Virus record (IMG/VR): IMGVR_UViG_3300046786_000355
Span: 1 to 33,725 of that record
Direction: 5' to 3' (one strand)
Length of the DNA: 33,725 nucleotides
Origin: a virus
Lineage: Duplodnaviria; Caudoviricetes
Of this stretch, positions 16,279 to 24,639 are shown one piece after another (position 1 is the first letter of the stretch; each line of letters starts with the position of its first letter). Position numbers and translations under genes: made by a program. The notes below the pieces were generated by a model that was not told the origin of the DNA, ran no database searches, and worked only from the letters and a program-made list of their open reading frames with translations.

Positions 16279-17061
16279 TCATGCCCAGCTAGGTGCGTTC
16301 AGTGTTACAGCAAAGCGCGGAAACTTGTCCGGGCACTCTGGCGTACGCTCGAGCTCCAGAGCCGTGTCGAAGGCGCGCCAGTACTTCTCGACCGCCTTTT
16401 CCCGTGTGCTGATCTCCGTCACGTCGTACAGCGCCACCTCGCCGGATCCCGTCTCGCAGGCCAGGACCAGCATCTTCGGAATGCTAGCCAGCTTCTGGTT
16501 ATGAATCCGGGCCAGGTTCGCGTAGTGGAGGAACTGGACGTCATAGTGCAGGTTCAGGAAGTCTTTCGCGAACAGAGCAGGATCAGCCGACCGAGTGGTC
16601 TTTATGTCCACGATAACGCTTCCGTCCTCGGCCATGAGATCGAGCCGACCCTTGATTCTGCCTGATGGCATATCGCCTGAGATTGTGAACTCCTTGAGGC
16701 CTGTCCCGAGCAGGGATGAGAACTCCAGGATCTCGGCGGCGCGACGATGCATCCGCTTGATCTGCTCGAGCTCTTCCTCGCTGATCACGGTCTTGCCGTT
16801 AGCCTGGGCCTCGAACGCTTCGGAGGCTTCCTTCCCGGCCTTGGTGCGACGGTCGAACTTCTGGCTTACTGCCACCAGGTCGCTGAACCGATTGGCTTCG
16901 AGAAAGTAGGCGTGCAAAGCCGTGCCAAACTTCATCGCGTCGGATGGCTCGCGCTCGACGTGGAGCGACTGCCAACCAGACCAGAGCCCGTTAGCGCAGG
17001 CCTTGAGAAGGCTAGCATTGATACCAGGCAACGCACGATAATCAGAGAATGAGATATACAT
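16279..17061 (-). CDS. RecE/exonuclease VIII-like PD-(D/E)xK exonuclease (DUF3799-like)
   Basis: INASLLK, MKFGTALH, DRRTKAGK, KGRLD, DIKTT, YDVQ..HY; upstream of ERF. Confidence 0.88.
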   Translation of the reverse strand: MYISFSDYRALPGINASLLKACANGLWSGWQSLHVEREPSDAMKFGTALHAYFLEANRFSDLVAVSQKFDRRTKAGKEASEAFEAQANGKTVISEEELEQIKRMHRRAAEILEFSSLLGTGLKEFTISGDMPSGRIKGRLDLMAEDGSVIVDIKTTRSADPALFAKDFLNLHYDVQFLHYANLARIHNQKLASIPKMLVLACETGSGEVALYDVTEISTREKAVEKYWRAFDTALELERTPECPDKFPRFAVTLNAPSWA

Positions 17062-17101
17062 AGTTAGACCGCCTCGCTTCGGTCGTTTGTTATTGATGGG
17101 A

Positions 17102-17145
17102 TAGGTTTACCATCGAAATATACAGCCAGGTAATTATTAAACCTA
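17102..17145 (-). promoter_or_regulatory. Putative promoter/regulator box (TAATTATTAAA copy 1 plus 8-bp inverted repeat)
   Basis: 11-mer at 17131-17141 is identical to 19091-19101. TAGGTTTA (17102-17109) and TAAACCTA (17138-17145) form an inverted repeat. Confidence 0.5.
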
Positions 17146-17157
17146 ATGAGATCAGGC

Positions 17158-17424
17158 TTAGAAAATGTGCCTTTTCATCTCGAGCAAAAAGGTCAGGACA
17201 GGCTCAGACTGGCATGATGAACAGATGACCAGCATGGAGTCCTCCATGCGACAGGAGCACTCTCCGACTTCTTCGTCGACCAGGGCGATGGCTAACTGGA
17301 ATCCTTCGGCCTTACCGCGCTCGTATGCTTCGCGCTTTACCTGGGCGATCATGTCACGATTAACGGCCTCGGTTAGTCCCTTGATGATCGTATCGGTTTT
17401 AGGTTTTGGTTTTGCCTTGGCCAC
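17158..17424 (-). CDS. Hypothetical protein with Cys pairs (CSC, CSSC)
   Basis: 88-aa ORF in the early operon; AYERGKAEG motif. Confidence 0.6.
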   Translation of the reverse strand: MAKAKPKPKTDTIIKGLTEAVNRDMIAQVKREAYERGKAEGFQLAIALVDEEVGECSCRMEDSMLVICSSCQSEPVLTFLLEMKRHIF

Positions 17425-17611
17425 GATCAGATGGTGGAGCCTTGGATGGAATAGCGCAAGCGTGTTTCGGCTTTCCCTTCATGAGCTCGCCGAATAGCGC
17501 CTGGGACATGGCAACGAATACCGCTCGGCCTTCTTCGGTGTCCATCTCGAGCTCCAGGTCGATAGCCTTATAGGTCTCCTGGATTATCTTCTCGTACTGG
17601 ATCCGCATCAT
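17399..17611 (-). CDS. Hypothetical protein (start refined to MMRIQYEK)
   Basis: GGAG upstream and ATGA coupling with a 22-aa upstream ORF. Confidence 0.55.
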   Translation of the reverse strand: MMRIQYEKIIQETYKAIDLELEMDTEEGRAVFVAMSQALFGELMKGKPKHACAIPSKAPPSDRGQGKTKT

Positions 17612-17676
17612 TTCCGGCCAGCTCCACAGGTGCAGATAAAGCCGAGGCATGATGGCGCGTGTTTCACTTTTTGCAT
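17608..17676 (-). CDS. 22-aa micro-protein MQKVKHAPSCLGFICTCGAGRK
   Basis: Very strong RBS GGGGAGG; H-x3-C...CxC pattern; stop overlaps the next ATG. Confidence 0.45.
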   Translation of the reverse strand: MQKVKHAPSCLGFICTCGAGRK

Positions 17677-17789
17677 AAAACCTCCCCGACCCATCGCAGG
17701 CCACAGGCGACCAGCATCGCACCGAGCGCGAATGATCCACCAGAAAAAAAGAAAATCCAGAACAGTTCGATAGTTGTGTTTGTATCCAT
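17664..17789 (-). CDS. 41-aa hydrophobic micro-protein
   Basis: MDTNTTIELFWIFFFSGGSFALGAMLVACGLRWVGEVLCKK; GGGGGG 10 nt upstream. Confidence 0.45.
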   Translation of the reverse strand: MDTNTTIELFWIFFFSGGSFALGAMLVACGLRWVGEVLCKK

Positions 17790-17882
17790 AATTTGAAAAC
17801 CCCCCGGCCAGTGCTACAACCTAGAATCACCTTAAGTTTCTGGCCGAGGGGATCACCTAGCACCATGCCAGGCAATTCTAAA

Positions 17883-18092
17883 TCACTCTTCGCTTGTCAG
17901 CGTTTCAGTGTTGGTTAGCTGTCTTCCGCTCTTCTCAGCGTATCGGTTCCAGGCTTCGATAGCCTTTTCCCTGGTTTCATAACAGCCGAGATAAACAGGC
18001 TCGCCTCTAACTACGGTGCGAACCATCCAGCGGTATGGCTTCCCGTTTCGTTTCATTACGTAGACGCACAATGGCTTTTGCTTGGTGTTCAC
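17883..18092 (-). CDS. Stand-alone AP2-like DNA-binding domain protein
   Basis: VYVMKRNGKPYRWMVRT..YLGCYETREKAIEAWN matches the AP2 pattern; GTG start at 18092 with GGAG. Confidence 0.65.
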   Translation of the reverse strand: MNTKQKPLCVYVMKRNGKPYRWMVRTVVRGEPVYLGCYETREKAIEAWNRYAEKSGRQLTNTETLTSEE

Positions 18093-18096
18093 TGAA

Positions 18097-18444
18097 TCAC
18101 TCCGCGCCTTCTGCCTTGATTCGCACAGGATACCCACTGGCCAGGATCCGATCTCGGTTCACGCGAAGCCATTCATGGATCGCCCCGCCTTTATTTGAGT
18201 GGTTCATGTCGGAATTGAAAAGCCCGAACTCGGAGAACGCCTTCAGCACCACGCCGAAAGTCTGATCTTCCACCTGGTCCAGAATGATCTCCATCCGCTG
18301 GCGGTGGATCCTGAGATAATCGCGATCGGTCACGGCCTTACGGAATCCGCGTTCCTCGGCCTCGGTCTCAAGCTTCCTAAGAGCCGGGCCAGTGTGAGCG
18401 AAATCAAAACCTGCGTTAAATCCCTCTGTGTATTCGTCGAACAT
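18097..18444 (-). CDS. Hypothetical protein (start refined to MFDEYTEG)
   Basis: GGGAG RBS; YTEGFNAGF motif. Confidence 0.6.
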   Translation of the reverse strand: MFDEYTEGFNAGFDFAHTGPALRKLETEAEERGFRKAVTDRDYLRIHRQRMEIILDQVEDQTFGVVLKAFSEFGLFNSDMNHSNKGGAIHEWLRVNRDRILASGYPVRIKAEGAE

Positions 18445-18515
18445 TGAGAGTCTCCCATGATGCTGTAAAAGTTGGCCGATCATTAACCGCTCGGCTAACA
18501 CGGTGCTGGAAAAGA

Positions 18516-18815
18516 TTAGAACGGAATGTCTGAAGTCAGGACGTCGATCCGGTCAGCGATCGCCTCGAGCCTGAAGTCCTTCTTCGCGGCTGGATCTGGA
18601 TTCTTGATCATGGCATTCCGAAGGCTTCCGAAAACAGTGACCTGGTCTCCGTCGACGATCTTCGTGTTGATGCCGAAGCCAGTCACCGGGATCTTCGATG
18701 TGTAGCCTTCTGCGTTCTGGCACTCGACCATGAAGTTGGTGATGATCATCCCGGTCTTCGCTGTGCGCTCCTTCACGTAAAGCGCTTTTCCACTTAGCTT
18801 GATTTTGTTTTCCAT
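18516..18815 (-). CDS. ssb: Single-stranded DNA-binding protein
   Basis: OB-fold pattern (NKIKLSG..GDQVTVFGSL) and acidic C-terminal DIPF tail. Confidence 0.85.
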   Translation of the reverse strand: MENKIKLSGKALYVKERTAKTGMIITNFMVECQNAEGYTSKIPVTGFGINTKIVDGDQVTVFGSLRNAMIKNPDPAAKKDFRLEAIADRIDVLTSDIPF

Positions 18816-18829
18816 GTTTCTAGTTCCTT

Positions 18830-19057
18830 TCAGTTTAGTTTAGCGTCCAGTTCGGCCACCTTGATACCGAGATAGAGATCCCGATAGTGGCAGTAGTTCT
18901 TCCATGCCCGCTCCCTGGCGATGAGGAATGACTTCGAGTTCCACCCTTTGCTGTACTCCATGGCGTAGTAAATGTGCCAGGCCTGAGCGACGAGTGGATC
19001 TTTCAGCATAGCCTTAACCTGTTCAATCTTTTCGTTATCTAGCTTCGTGTTGTTCAT
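18830..19057 (-). CDS. Hypothetical protein (75 aa), possibly leaderless
   Basis: No SD; TATTGT ends 6 nt before the ATG. Confidence 0.65.
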   Translation of the reverse strand: MNNTKLDNEKIEQVKAMLKDPLVAQAWHIYYAMEYSKGWNSKSFLIARERAWKNYCHYRDLYLGIKVAELDAKLN

Positions 19058-19063
19058 GGCCGG

Positions 19064-19105
19064 ACAATATCGCAGAAGATCGTAGTAGGTTAATTATTAA
19101 AACTG
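19064..19105 (-). promoter_or_regulatory. Putative promoter/regulator box (TAATTATTAAA copy 2)
   Basis: Identical 11-mer to 17131-17141, with the same 21-nt spacing to a TA-starting -10-like hexamer. Confidence 0.5.
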
Positions 19106-19110
19106 ATTAC

Positions 19111-19650
19111 CTAGTCGCTACCCTTAGAAGAAAATCCTGCGATGAGTGCTCGCACCTGCTCCGTCCCGATCTCCTTCTTGAAATCAGGCGCGACGTCGAG
19201 CGTCCCATTCGCGCCCTTCTTCGCGACCGTCTGAGCAAGGCCCCGGAGCTGTGCAAAAATCGACGTCTTCGTGTCGTCAGTCAGCTCGGAGCAGATCGTG
19301 ACCCATCCTCCGAAGCGCTTCACGCACTCCCAGCCGATCTCCCCGATGTAGGCCCTGGCTTCAGCGCCCCGGTATGATCCGAATTTTGAGACAGCGCCGA
19401 TGATCCTAGACGCCACGTCGTTCCCGAGATCGAGCTCCGTTTCGACTGGCCTGATGATCGAGATCAGTTTCGCCGGGAGAGGAAAGCGATCGTTCCTACC
19501 GTCGGCTCGGTATTTCAGGATCGCCTCGCGGAGTTCTTCTGGCGAGAGGACCGACAGATCCTGAGAGTACATCTCGAGCTGCTCTGGAGTGAGCCGCTTG
19601 TCGTAGTATTCGCCCAGGGTAAAAACCAATTTCATGATCTCACTTTTCAT
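19111..19650 (-). CDS. Replication partner / helicase-loader-like protein (DUF6475-like)
   Basis: LGEYYDKRLT..Y..DL..RFPLPAKL, FGGWVTIC; directly follows and overlaps the initiator gene; start refined to MKSEIMK. Confidence 0.55.
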   Translation of the reverse strand: MKSEIMKLVFTLGEYYDKRLTPEQLEMYSQDLSVLSPEELREAILKYRADGRNDRFPLPAKLISIIRPVETELDLGNDVASRIIGAVSKFGSYRGAEARAYIGEIGWECVKRFGGWVTICSELTDDTKTSIFAQLRGLAQTVAKKGANGTLDVAPDFKKEIGTEQVRALIAGFSSKGSD

Positions 19651-20371
19651 TTTTAGCGGCCTCCCTCGCCAGCGCAATCTCAAGAGCGCTTTTGTTATTC
19701 TCGAACCGACGCTCGGCGTAGTTCTGTGGCGACCCGGTGTTCCGTCTCGAGTCCCACCCCTTGTTAAGCCAGTTCGTCATGAACCGCCCGAAGTTTATTT
19801 TCCTGCGAGAGGTGTTCGCTGTTTCCCAGGCGATCGCCTTCCTGACTTCCTGGATGACCCACGACGATTCCGGGAATGTTTGCTCCCAGGCCAGAGTGAT
19901 CTCAGGCTTTACCCCCCTCTCAAGAAAGAATCCATGAAGCTCTGCGAAAGCCTCCGGATGCGAGAGCGAATTTTGTTCGCTCGCGCCTAACGTAATGTCC
20001 TGTTCTGTCCTGTCTTGTTCTGTCTTGTCTTGTCTTGTAGCGGTCGCGATCCTGCCGCCATCCTGCCGGGATCCTGCCGCGCGCCCTGATTTCAATAACT
20101 TATGAATTGTAGCGTCTAAGACCGAGCATTTATATCCGGTGATTTGGTGGAAAAGTCTTTTCGAGATTTCGACCTCGCCGTACTTGTTTTGCCGGGACGC
20201 TTCGCACAGGAGCCAGATGAACGCCTGGCGCTCCTGATCGGTAAGCTCGGAATAGAACGGATCGAGAAAAATCTCGTTCGACATGGCGAACCAGTAAGGG
20301 CGCTTGATGTCCTTCTGGCGTTTGTTGTACTTATCCCAGTTCTTAAATTTAATGCTGATGCTGTCGCTCAT
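19640..20371 (-). CDS. Phage replication initiator (lambda O/DnaD-like)
   Basis: IKFKNWDKYN N-terminus, low-complexity linker RQDKTEQDRTEQD, C-terminal FMTNWLNK; internal iterons; GGGGG RBS before ATG 20371. Confidence 0.75.
   Translation of the reverse strand: MSDSISIKFKNWDKYNKRQKDIKRPYWFAMSNEIFLDPFYSELTDQERQAFIWLLCEASRQNKYGEVEISKRLFHQITGYKCSVLDATIHKLLKSGRAAGSRQDGGRIATATRQDKTEQDRTEQDITLGASEQNSLSHPEAFAELHGFFLERGVKPEITLAWEQTFPESSWVIQEVRKAIAWETANTSRRKINFGRFMTNWLNKGWDSRRNTGSPQNYAERRFENNKSALEIALAREAAKNEK
19997..20080. repeat. Putative replication origin inside the initiator gene
   Basis: ATCCTGCCG at 20049, 20060 and 20071 (11-bp period), next to a strand-asymmetric TGTCT/TGTTC/TGTCC pentamer array at 19997-20040. 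Confidence 0.7.
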
Positions 20372-20467
20372 GATGCCCCCTTTTTGTTGCGTCAGGAGGC
20401 CTTGAGTGGTACACACTTCAGAGGCAACTCCTACTCAGTTGCTAACTCTCCGGCACTAATTGCCAAA

Positions 20468-20498
20468 GACGGCTCGACTCGCTAAAGTCGGGCCGTTT
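20468..20498. terminator. Stem-loop between the end of the late operon and the initiator gene
   Basis: ACGGCTCGACT-cgctaa-AGTCGGGCCGT, 11-bp stem with short T tracts on both sides. Confidence 0.5.
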
Positions 20499-20645
20499 GC
20501 TTTCGTACCCCAGGCACCGTCAAAATCAAAGCTAAAACCTAGGCACGCTCTAAAATCGTTTATAGGCGCTTTAGATTGAGGTAGCACCATACCCATAGGC
20601 CAGGCAATAAAACGCGCTTAAATCGACAGCCAGGGCCTTTATAGG

Positions 20646-21194
20646 TCAAACGGGGCGCATGATGAGGTGGAGCCCTACGCCTTCAGCGTTCGAGGCCTGC
20701 TTCTGGATGAAGCTGATCTTTAGAACGTCGTTCGCGGCGACCGTAACGCTCGAGAGCCTGGGCGCGGTACAGCCAGCCGGAAGGTTCACGTCGGTCGGAG
20801 TCGTCCCGGAATAGTCCGTGATAACCCGGACACCGTTTCCAGCCGAGAAGGAGATGGCTGGCCTGGTGGAGAAGATCGAGCTTGAGCCCCCGGCCAGAGG
20901 AAACTTCAGGACGTCCACCTCGCATGTCCCGGACGCCCCGGCTTGCTTATGGTAAAAGTGGATCTTCACGATCTCCATCGCGCACGGAGCGATCCATTCG
21001 ATGTCCACGTTCGAGTCTGGCACTGGCGTAATCCAGTAGGGACCGTGCAGGTTAAAGGCACAGCTCATAAACTGATTCGTCACCGCATGATTTACGGATC
21101 CGGCGATCTTCGTCATGGTCGCCTCGGATGCGGATGCCCCGGTCTCGACTTCTTCGACTAGGATAAGCTGCTTGATCGGTGTAACTTGTGCCAT
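20646..21194 (-). CDS. Putative tail-tip protein (182 aa)
   Basis: Beta-rich, last gene of the late operon, follows the hub-like gene. Confidence 0.5.
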   Translation of the reverse strand: MAQVTPIKQLILVEEVETGASASEATMTKIAGSVNHAVTNQFMSCAFNLHGPYWITPVPDSNVDIEWIAPCAMEIVKIHFYHKQAGASGTCEVDVLKFPLAGGSSSIFSTRPAISFSAGNGVRVITDYSGTTPTDVNLPAGCTAPRLSSVTVAANDVLKISFIQKQASNAEGVGLHLIMRPV

Positions 21195-21209
21195 GATATT
21201 TACCTTTCC

Positions 21210-23945
21210 TTAAACCCAAACATAAGGCGTCCCATCATCGGACGCAAAGCCAATTAGCTCGACCCGGTAGCCAGGCAAGGGGAAGAATCCCATCGAGCTA
21301 TTCAGTACGATCGTATTCCCGACGATCTCCTTCACCCGGAGCTGGATCTCTTTCGTGTCCTGAGAGTAGTCAGGAGCGAAGACCCGGATGGTAGCACCTA
21401 CGAAGAACTTCGGAAGATCGCCAGCGGAGACCTCGAACTCTTCTTCGTTAACGGTAGCCGATACCTCAGCACTACAATTCCAGAACGCATAGAGCGATTT
21501 ATAGATCGCGTCGTTCGTCAGATTGAGGTCGTCATAGTTAGGCACGTCCATAATGAACCCGGTAAGATCAGGCTCAGTGATTGCCGGGCTAACTGTAGCG
21601 ATCAATGAATCACCAGCGCCGAATGATACCAGCTTCACGTTCTGCGATGAGCTGAAGTCATCGGACCGGATCCGGACCGTCCGGTTCAGGTAAGGCGCCC
21701 ATTTATCAGCCTCCGACTCAGAACCGAATGAAGGCGTTATCTTAATCTGGTTCGGACCTACCTTCTCCACGATGTTAGAAGCAGGCGCCCAGGTTCCGTA
21801 GCGAACGCCTGTCGAGTAGTTGGTATCCACGATCTGGAGCCTTACCCGGCCAGCACGCCAGTCGAAGTCCTTGTTCACCACCTCGAACACGCGAGGACGG
21901 AAGTCCCTGGTACCGCTCGAGGTGTCTGACACCTGGAGAGCAGGCTCACCGAAGACGATCGAATCGCCGATCTCGACTCCGAAGCCAGTCTTGAAGTCAG
22001 GCTCGACTGGGATCCATTCCGCTCCGAACTGGTAGCGATCGAGATACCGCTTCGAGTTCCTTCGGATGATCTCTTCATTCACCCCACCAGGACGAACTCC
22101 CCTGGCGATCACGGTCAGCGGCCTAGTCGGAGCCTTTACCCTTGAAGTCGAGAGAGCAGAGAGGACGATATTCTGATTCAGATACTTATCAGCCTGTACT
22201 GAGTCTTCGTTGTACTTCGTCACGACAGCATTATAGAAATACTTATTTACCGATCGGCTGGTCTTGATCTTCTGCGGATCCTTCAAGTTGTCGAGAGTCA
22301 GGATCTTCGAGTCAGATTCGTAAAGCGGTGGGGCCAGGATGCCAACCGAAGACTTACCCTTACGCGGTAGCGCGTACATCCCGGACGGAATAAATAGCTC
22401 TTTTTGGATGAAGTCCTTCACGTTCATCGTATCGCGAAGGTAAATCTGCAATGTCGGGAGCATGGATGGAAACTTCTTCTTGAGCTCTAGAAACCGGGCT
22501 ATGTCGACCTGCTTCGGACTCATTCCGATACCGTCTGGAAGCACGTTATACTGGCTAGCTATATCAAGTTTTGCCGGACTGCTCGGCTCAGTGGTGAAAG
22601 AAGCGCCCTCGATGTAAAGGATCGTTCCGAGGTCGATCACCTCGATGTCTTCGATCGGTGCGTTGACGTTGTTTCCAGGAATGCCTGAATCGTAAATCGT
22701 GGCTGTGTCGCCGATCTGGACGTTCTTCTCGCGAACGAGATCCACGCCAGTAACGAGCAGGCCATTCGGATAGTTATCAAGACCGCCGAAGTTGTAGAAC
22801 TGAAGATCACCCTGAGCCTCTACGACCGCCTGCTCTGGATTGGACATCATGATCTGAAGGGCGAGATCAATAGCGTTAGAGTCAGCCGTTCCGTCGCCGA
22901 TCATGTACATGGAAGAGACCGAAGCCTCGTCCTCGTGGACGGATCCGAAGCTGGTGAGCGCCGCCCTGGTGCAGTTGAGTAGCTCATTCGATCCCGTGTC
23001 GATCGCGGTGTATTCGATGATTTCATCGTCCACGCGCACGAAGGTGCGGACCAGCGGAGTCTGACTGACAAGAAGTCCTTCGACTGACTTGAGCTTGAGC
23101 GTGTCCGGGACACTGAGAGGCGTGATCGCCTGGGCCAGCGCTACCGCGTTCTGGTCTCCGTCAGACTTGACCGTAACCAGCAAGGAAGCGTCTACGCTTG
23201 CCTCGATAGCCTTCTTGATCGTCTTGTGCTTCGTGACAGCCGACTCGATCTGTACCGTGATCAGGTTCCCAGAGGTGGACACGTTCGCCACGTCACCGAT
23301 GAATGGCGTTTGAAGGTAGCGGATCTCGACTGTACCGCTTACATCCCCGCGCTGAGTGTAGAAAAGGTTTTGGATCTTTGCCGACTTATAGTCAGCACGA
23401 CCGTCGAGCTCCGTCTCGATCAGAGGATATACCTCGGAGCGCTTCAGATCCTCCGGGTGAGCGATCGTGAACTCGACGAAGCCAGCGCCGGACTCGATCA
23501 TCTGGATCTTACCGACAAATAGGTCGATGTAGTCATCCGGGAAGGCGCCATCCTTGAAGCCGAGATAGATCGTGCAGTCCCGGTAAAGCACGTCGTCGAC
23601 GTCGTAGCCTGGCGAGATGAGTTTCGTCACCGTCTGATCGAAGTCCACGACCCGGATCTTCATGGTCTGAGTCGAGCTCGAGCCACCCTTATCTGAGTCG
23701 AGCTGTTGAGTGATGTTGGTCGTGGTTCCGTCTAGGCTGATGTAATCGAGCACGTCAGGATCTGGAGCCAGACCGCCTATCGTAAAATTTCCGATCTCGA
23801 GACCGGGCTGTCCGATGAACGCATAGACGCCAGTAACCTGAGCGCCGAAACAGAACTGATAGCCGTCGATGCAAAGCACTACGTTCGGCTCGATGTTCGT
23901 CCGGTTCAGTAAACTCTTAGCTCTGGTCGTTAGTTGGTAGGCCAT
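21210..23945 (-). CDS. Putative tail-tip hub / central tail protein
   Basis: 911 aa; N-terminal hub-like (TIYLGF..LFVGKI), RVDDEIIEY..RAALTS..H motif, C-terminal VEIGDSI..VFEV..VRLQI. Confidence 0.6.
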   Translation of the reverse strand: MAYQLTTRAKSLLNRTNIEPNVVLCIDGYQFCFGAQVTGVYAFIGQPGLEIGNFTIGGLAPDPDVLDYISLDGTTTNITQQLDSDKGGSSSTQTMKIRVVDFDQTVTKLISPGYDVDDVLYRDCTIYLGFKDGAFPDDYIDLFVGKIQMIESGAGFVEFTIAHPEDLKRSEVYPLIETELDGRADYKSAKIQNLFYTQRGDVSGTVEIRYLQTPFIGDVANVSTSGNLITVQIESAVTKHKTIKKAIEASVDASLLVTVKSDGDQNAVALAQAITPLSVPDTLKLKSVEGLLVSQTPLVRTFVRVDDEIIEYTAIDTGSNELLNCTRAALTSFGSVHEDEASVSSMYMIGDGTADSNAIDLALQIMMSNPEQAVVEAQGDLQFYNFGGLDNYPNGLLVTGVDLVREKNVQIGDTATIYDSGIPGNNVNAPIEDIEVIDLGTILYIEGASFTTEPSSPAKLDIASQYNVLPDGIGMSPKQVDIARFLELKKKFPSMLPTLQIYLRDTMNVKDFIQKELFIPSGMYALPRKGKSSVGILAPPLYESDSKILTLDNLKDPQKIKTSRSVNKYFYNAVVTKYNEDSVQADKYLNQNIVLSALSTSRVKAPTRPLTVIARGVRPGGVNEEIIRRNSKRYLDRYQFGAEWIPVEPDFKTGFGVEIGDSIVFGEPALQVSDTSSGTRDFRPRVFEVVNKDFDWRAGRVRLQIVDTNYSTGVRYGTWAPASNIVEKVGPNQIKITPSFGSESEADKWAPYLNRTVRIRSDDFSSSQNVKLVSFGAGDSLIATVSPAITEPDLTGFIMDVPNYDDLNLTNDAIYKSLYAFWNCSAEVSATVNEEEFEVSAGDLPKFFVGATIRVFAPDYSQDTKEIQLRVKEIVGNTIVLNSSMGFFPLPGYRVELIGFASDDGTPYVWV

Positions 23946-23948
23946 ACT

Positions 23949-24392
23949 CTAGGCAGATGGTAGCACCGGAAACGGCCACCTGTAACCCAGGAGCTCGCTT
24001 TTCTTGTATTTCGCAACGGACACCCGGTCGCCCTGGTTCCCACCGAGAAGGCTGATCGTGTGATCGTCCTCGCCCACGTAGAAGCCGACATGGCCAGACT
24101 TAGGATCTGACCCCCTGCGGAAGATGCAGATCGTACCAGGCAATGGCTTCTCGATCTTATGACCCCAGTCGAGCCAGGACCGAGCGGCTGCGGATCCGGT
24201 GCCCTTTATCATGGCCTGCTTTAGACACCAGTTCGCGAAGCTAGAGCACCACGGGACCTCATCCTCGGTGGCCTTTAAGCTAGTGGCGAAGTGATAGTCG
24301 ATAATGCGCGGATTATGCTTCGAGCCCTTTATCTCAGCCTGGCCGAGCTCCTTCCTGGCGATCTCTAACCATTTAGGCATCTGCTCACTCAT
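23949..24392 (-). CDS. TIGR02594-family NlpC/P60-like peptidase, probable endolysin
   Basis: WLEIARKELG, HNPRI, DEVPWCSSFANW (catalytic Cys), ARSW, GHVGF (His), LGGNQ. Confidence 0.85.
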   Translation of the reverse strand: MSEQMPKWLEIARKELGQAEIKGSKHNPRIIDYHFATSLKATEDEVPWCSSFANWCLKQAMIKGTGSAAARSWLDWGHKIEKPLPGTICIFRRGSDPKSGHVGFYVGEDDHTISLLGGNQGDRVSVAKYKKSELLGYRWPFPVLPSA

Positions 24393-24639
24393 TCGTCAGG
24401 CACTCCTTGCGATGCCAGGCCCGGACCGTCTCGTAGTCCTTCGGGCTCATTGCGTAGAATTTATGGGATTCTTTAAGGCTCATCTCCCGAGCCTCGCCTG
24501 TCTTCATGTTCTGGCAGAAGACCACGGGCTTCGGATCGTCGGAATAGATTACGCACAGGCTCGCGTCCGGGCTTTCGTTACACCCGGCAAGGGCCAGCGT
24601 CAGAGGGAACGGGACGCGCTCAAGGATTGCGCGAAACAT
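24385..24639 (-). CDS. Lipoprotein, putative o-spanin (Rz1-like)
   Basis: Lipobox LAGC, short mature part with extra Cys; overlaps the upstream gene by 20 nt. Confidence 0.55.
   Translation of the reverse strand: MFRAILERVPFPLTLALAGCNESPDASLCVIYSDDPKPVVFCQNMKTGEAREMSLKESHKFYAMSPKDYETVRAWHRKECLTNE

Noticed and set aside
18470-18500. 9-bp hairpin downstream of ssb
   Set aside because: Has an A-C mismatch on the transcribed strand and a weak U-tract; too little evidence to call.
19997-20080. Mini-CRISPR array
   Set aside because: Repeats are 5-9 bp without spacers and lie in a coding linker; better explained as iterons.
20405-20512. Possible hammerhead ribozyme (GGTAC-GAAA ... CTGAAG..GTACC on the minus strand)
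   Set aside because: Core reads CUGAAGU rather than CUGANGA, and there is no stem III/UH cleavage triplet.
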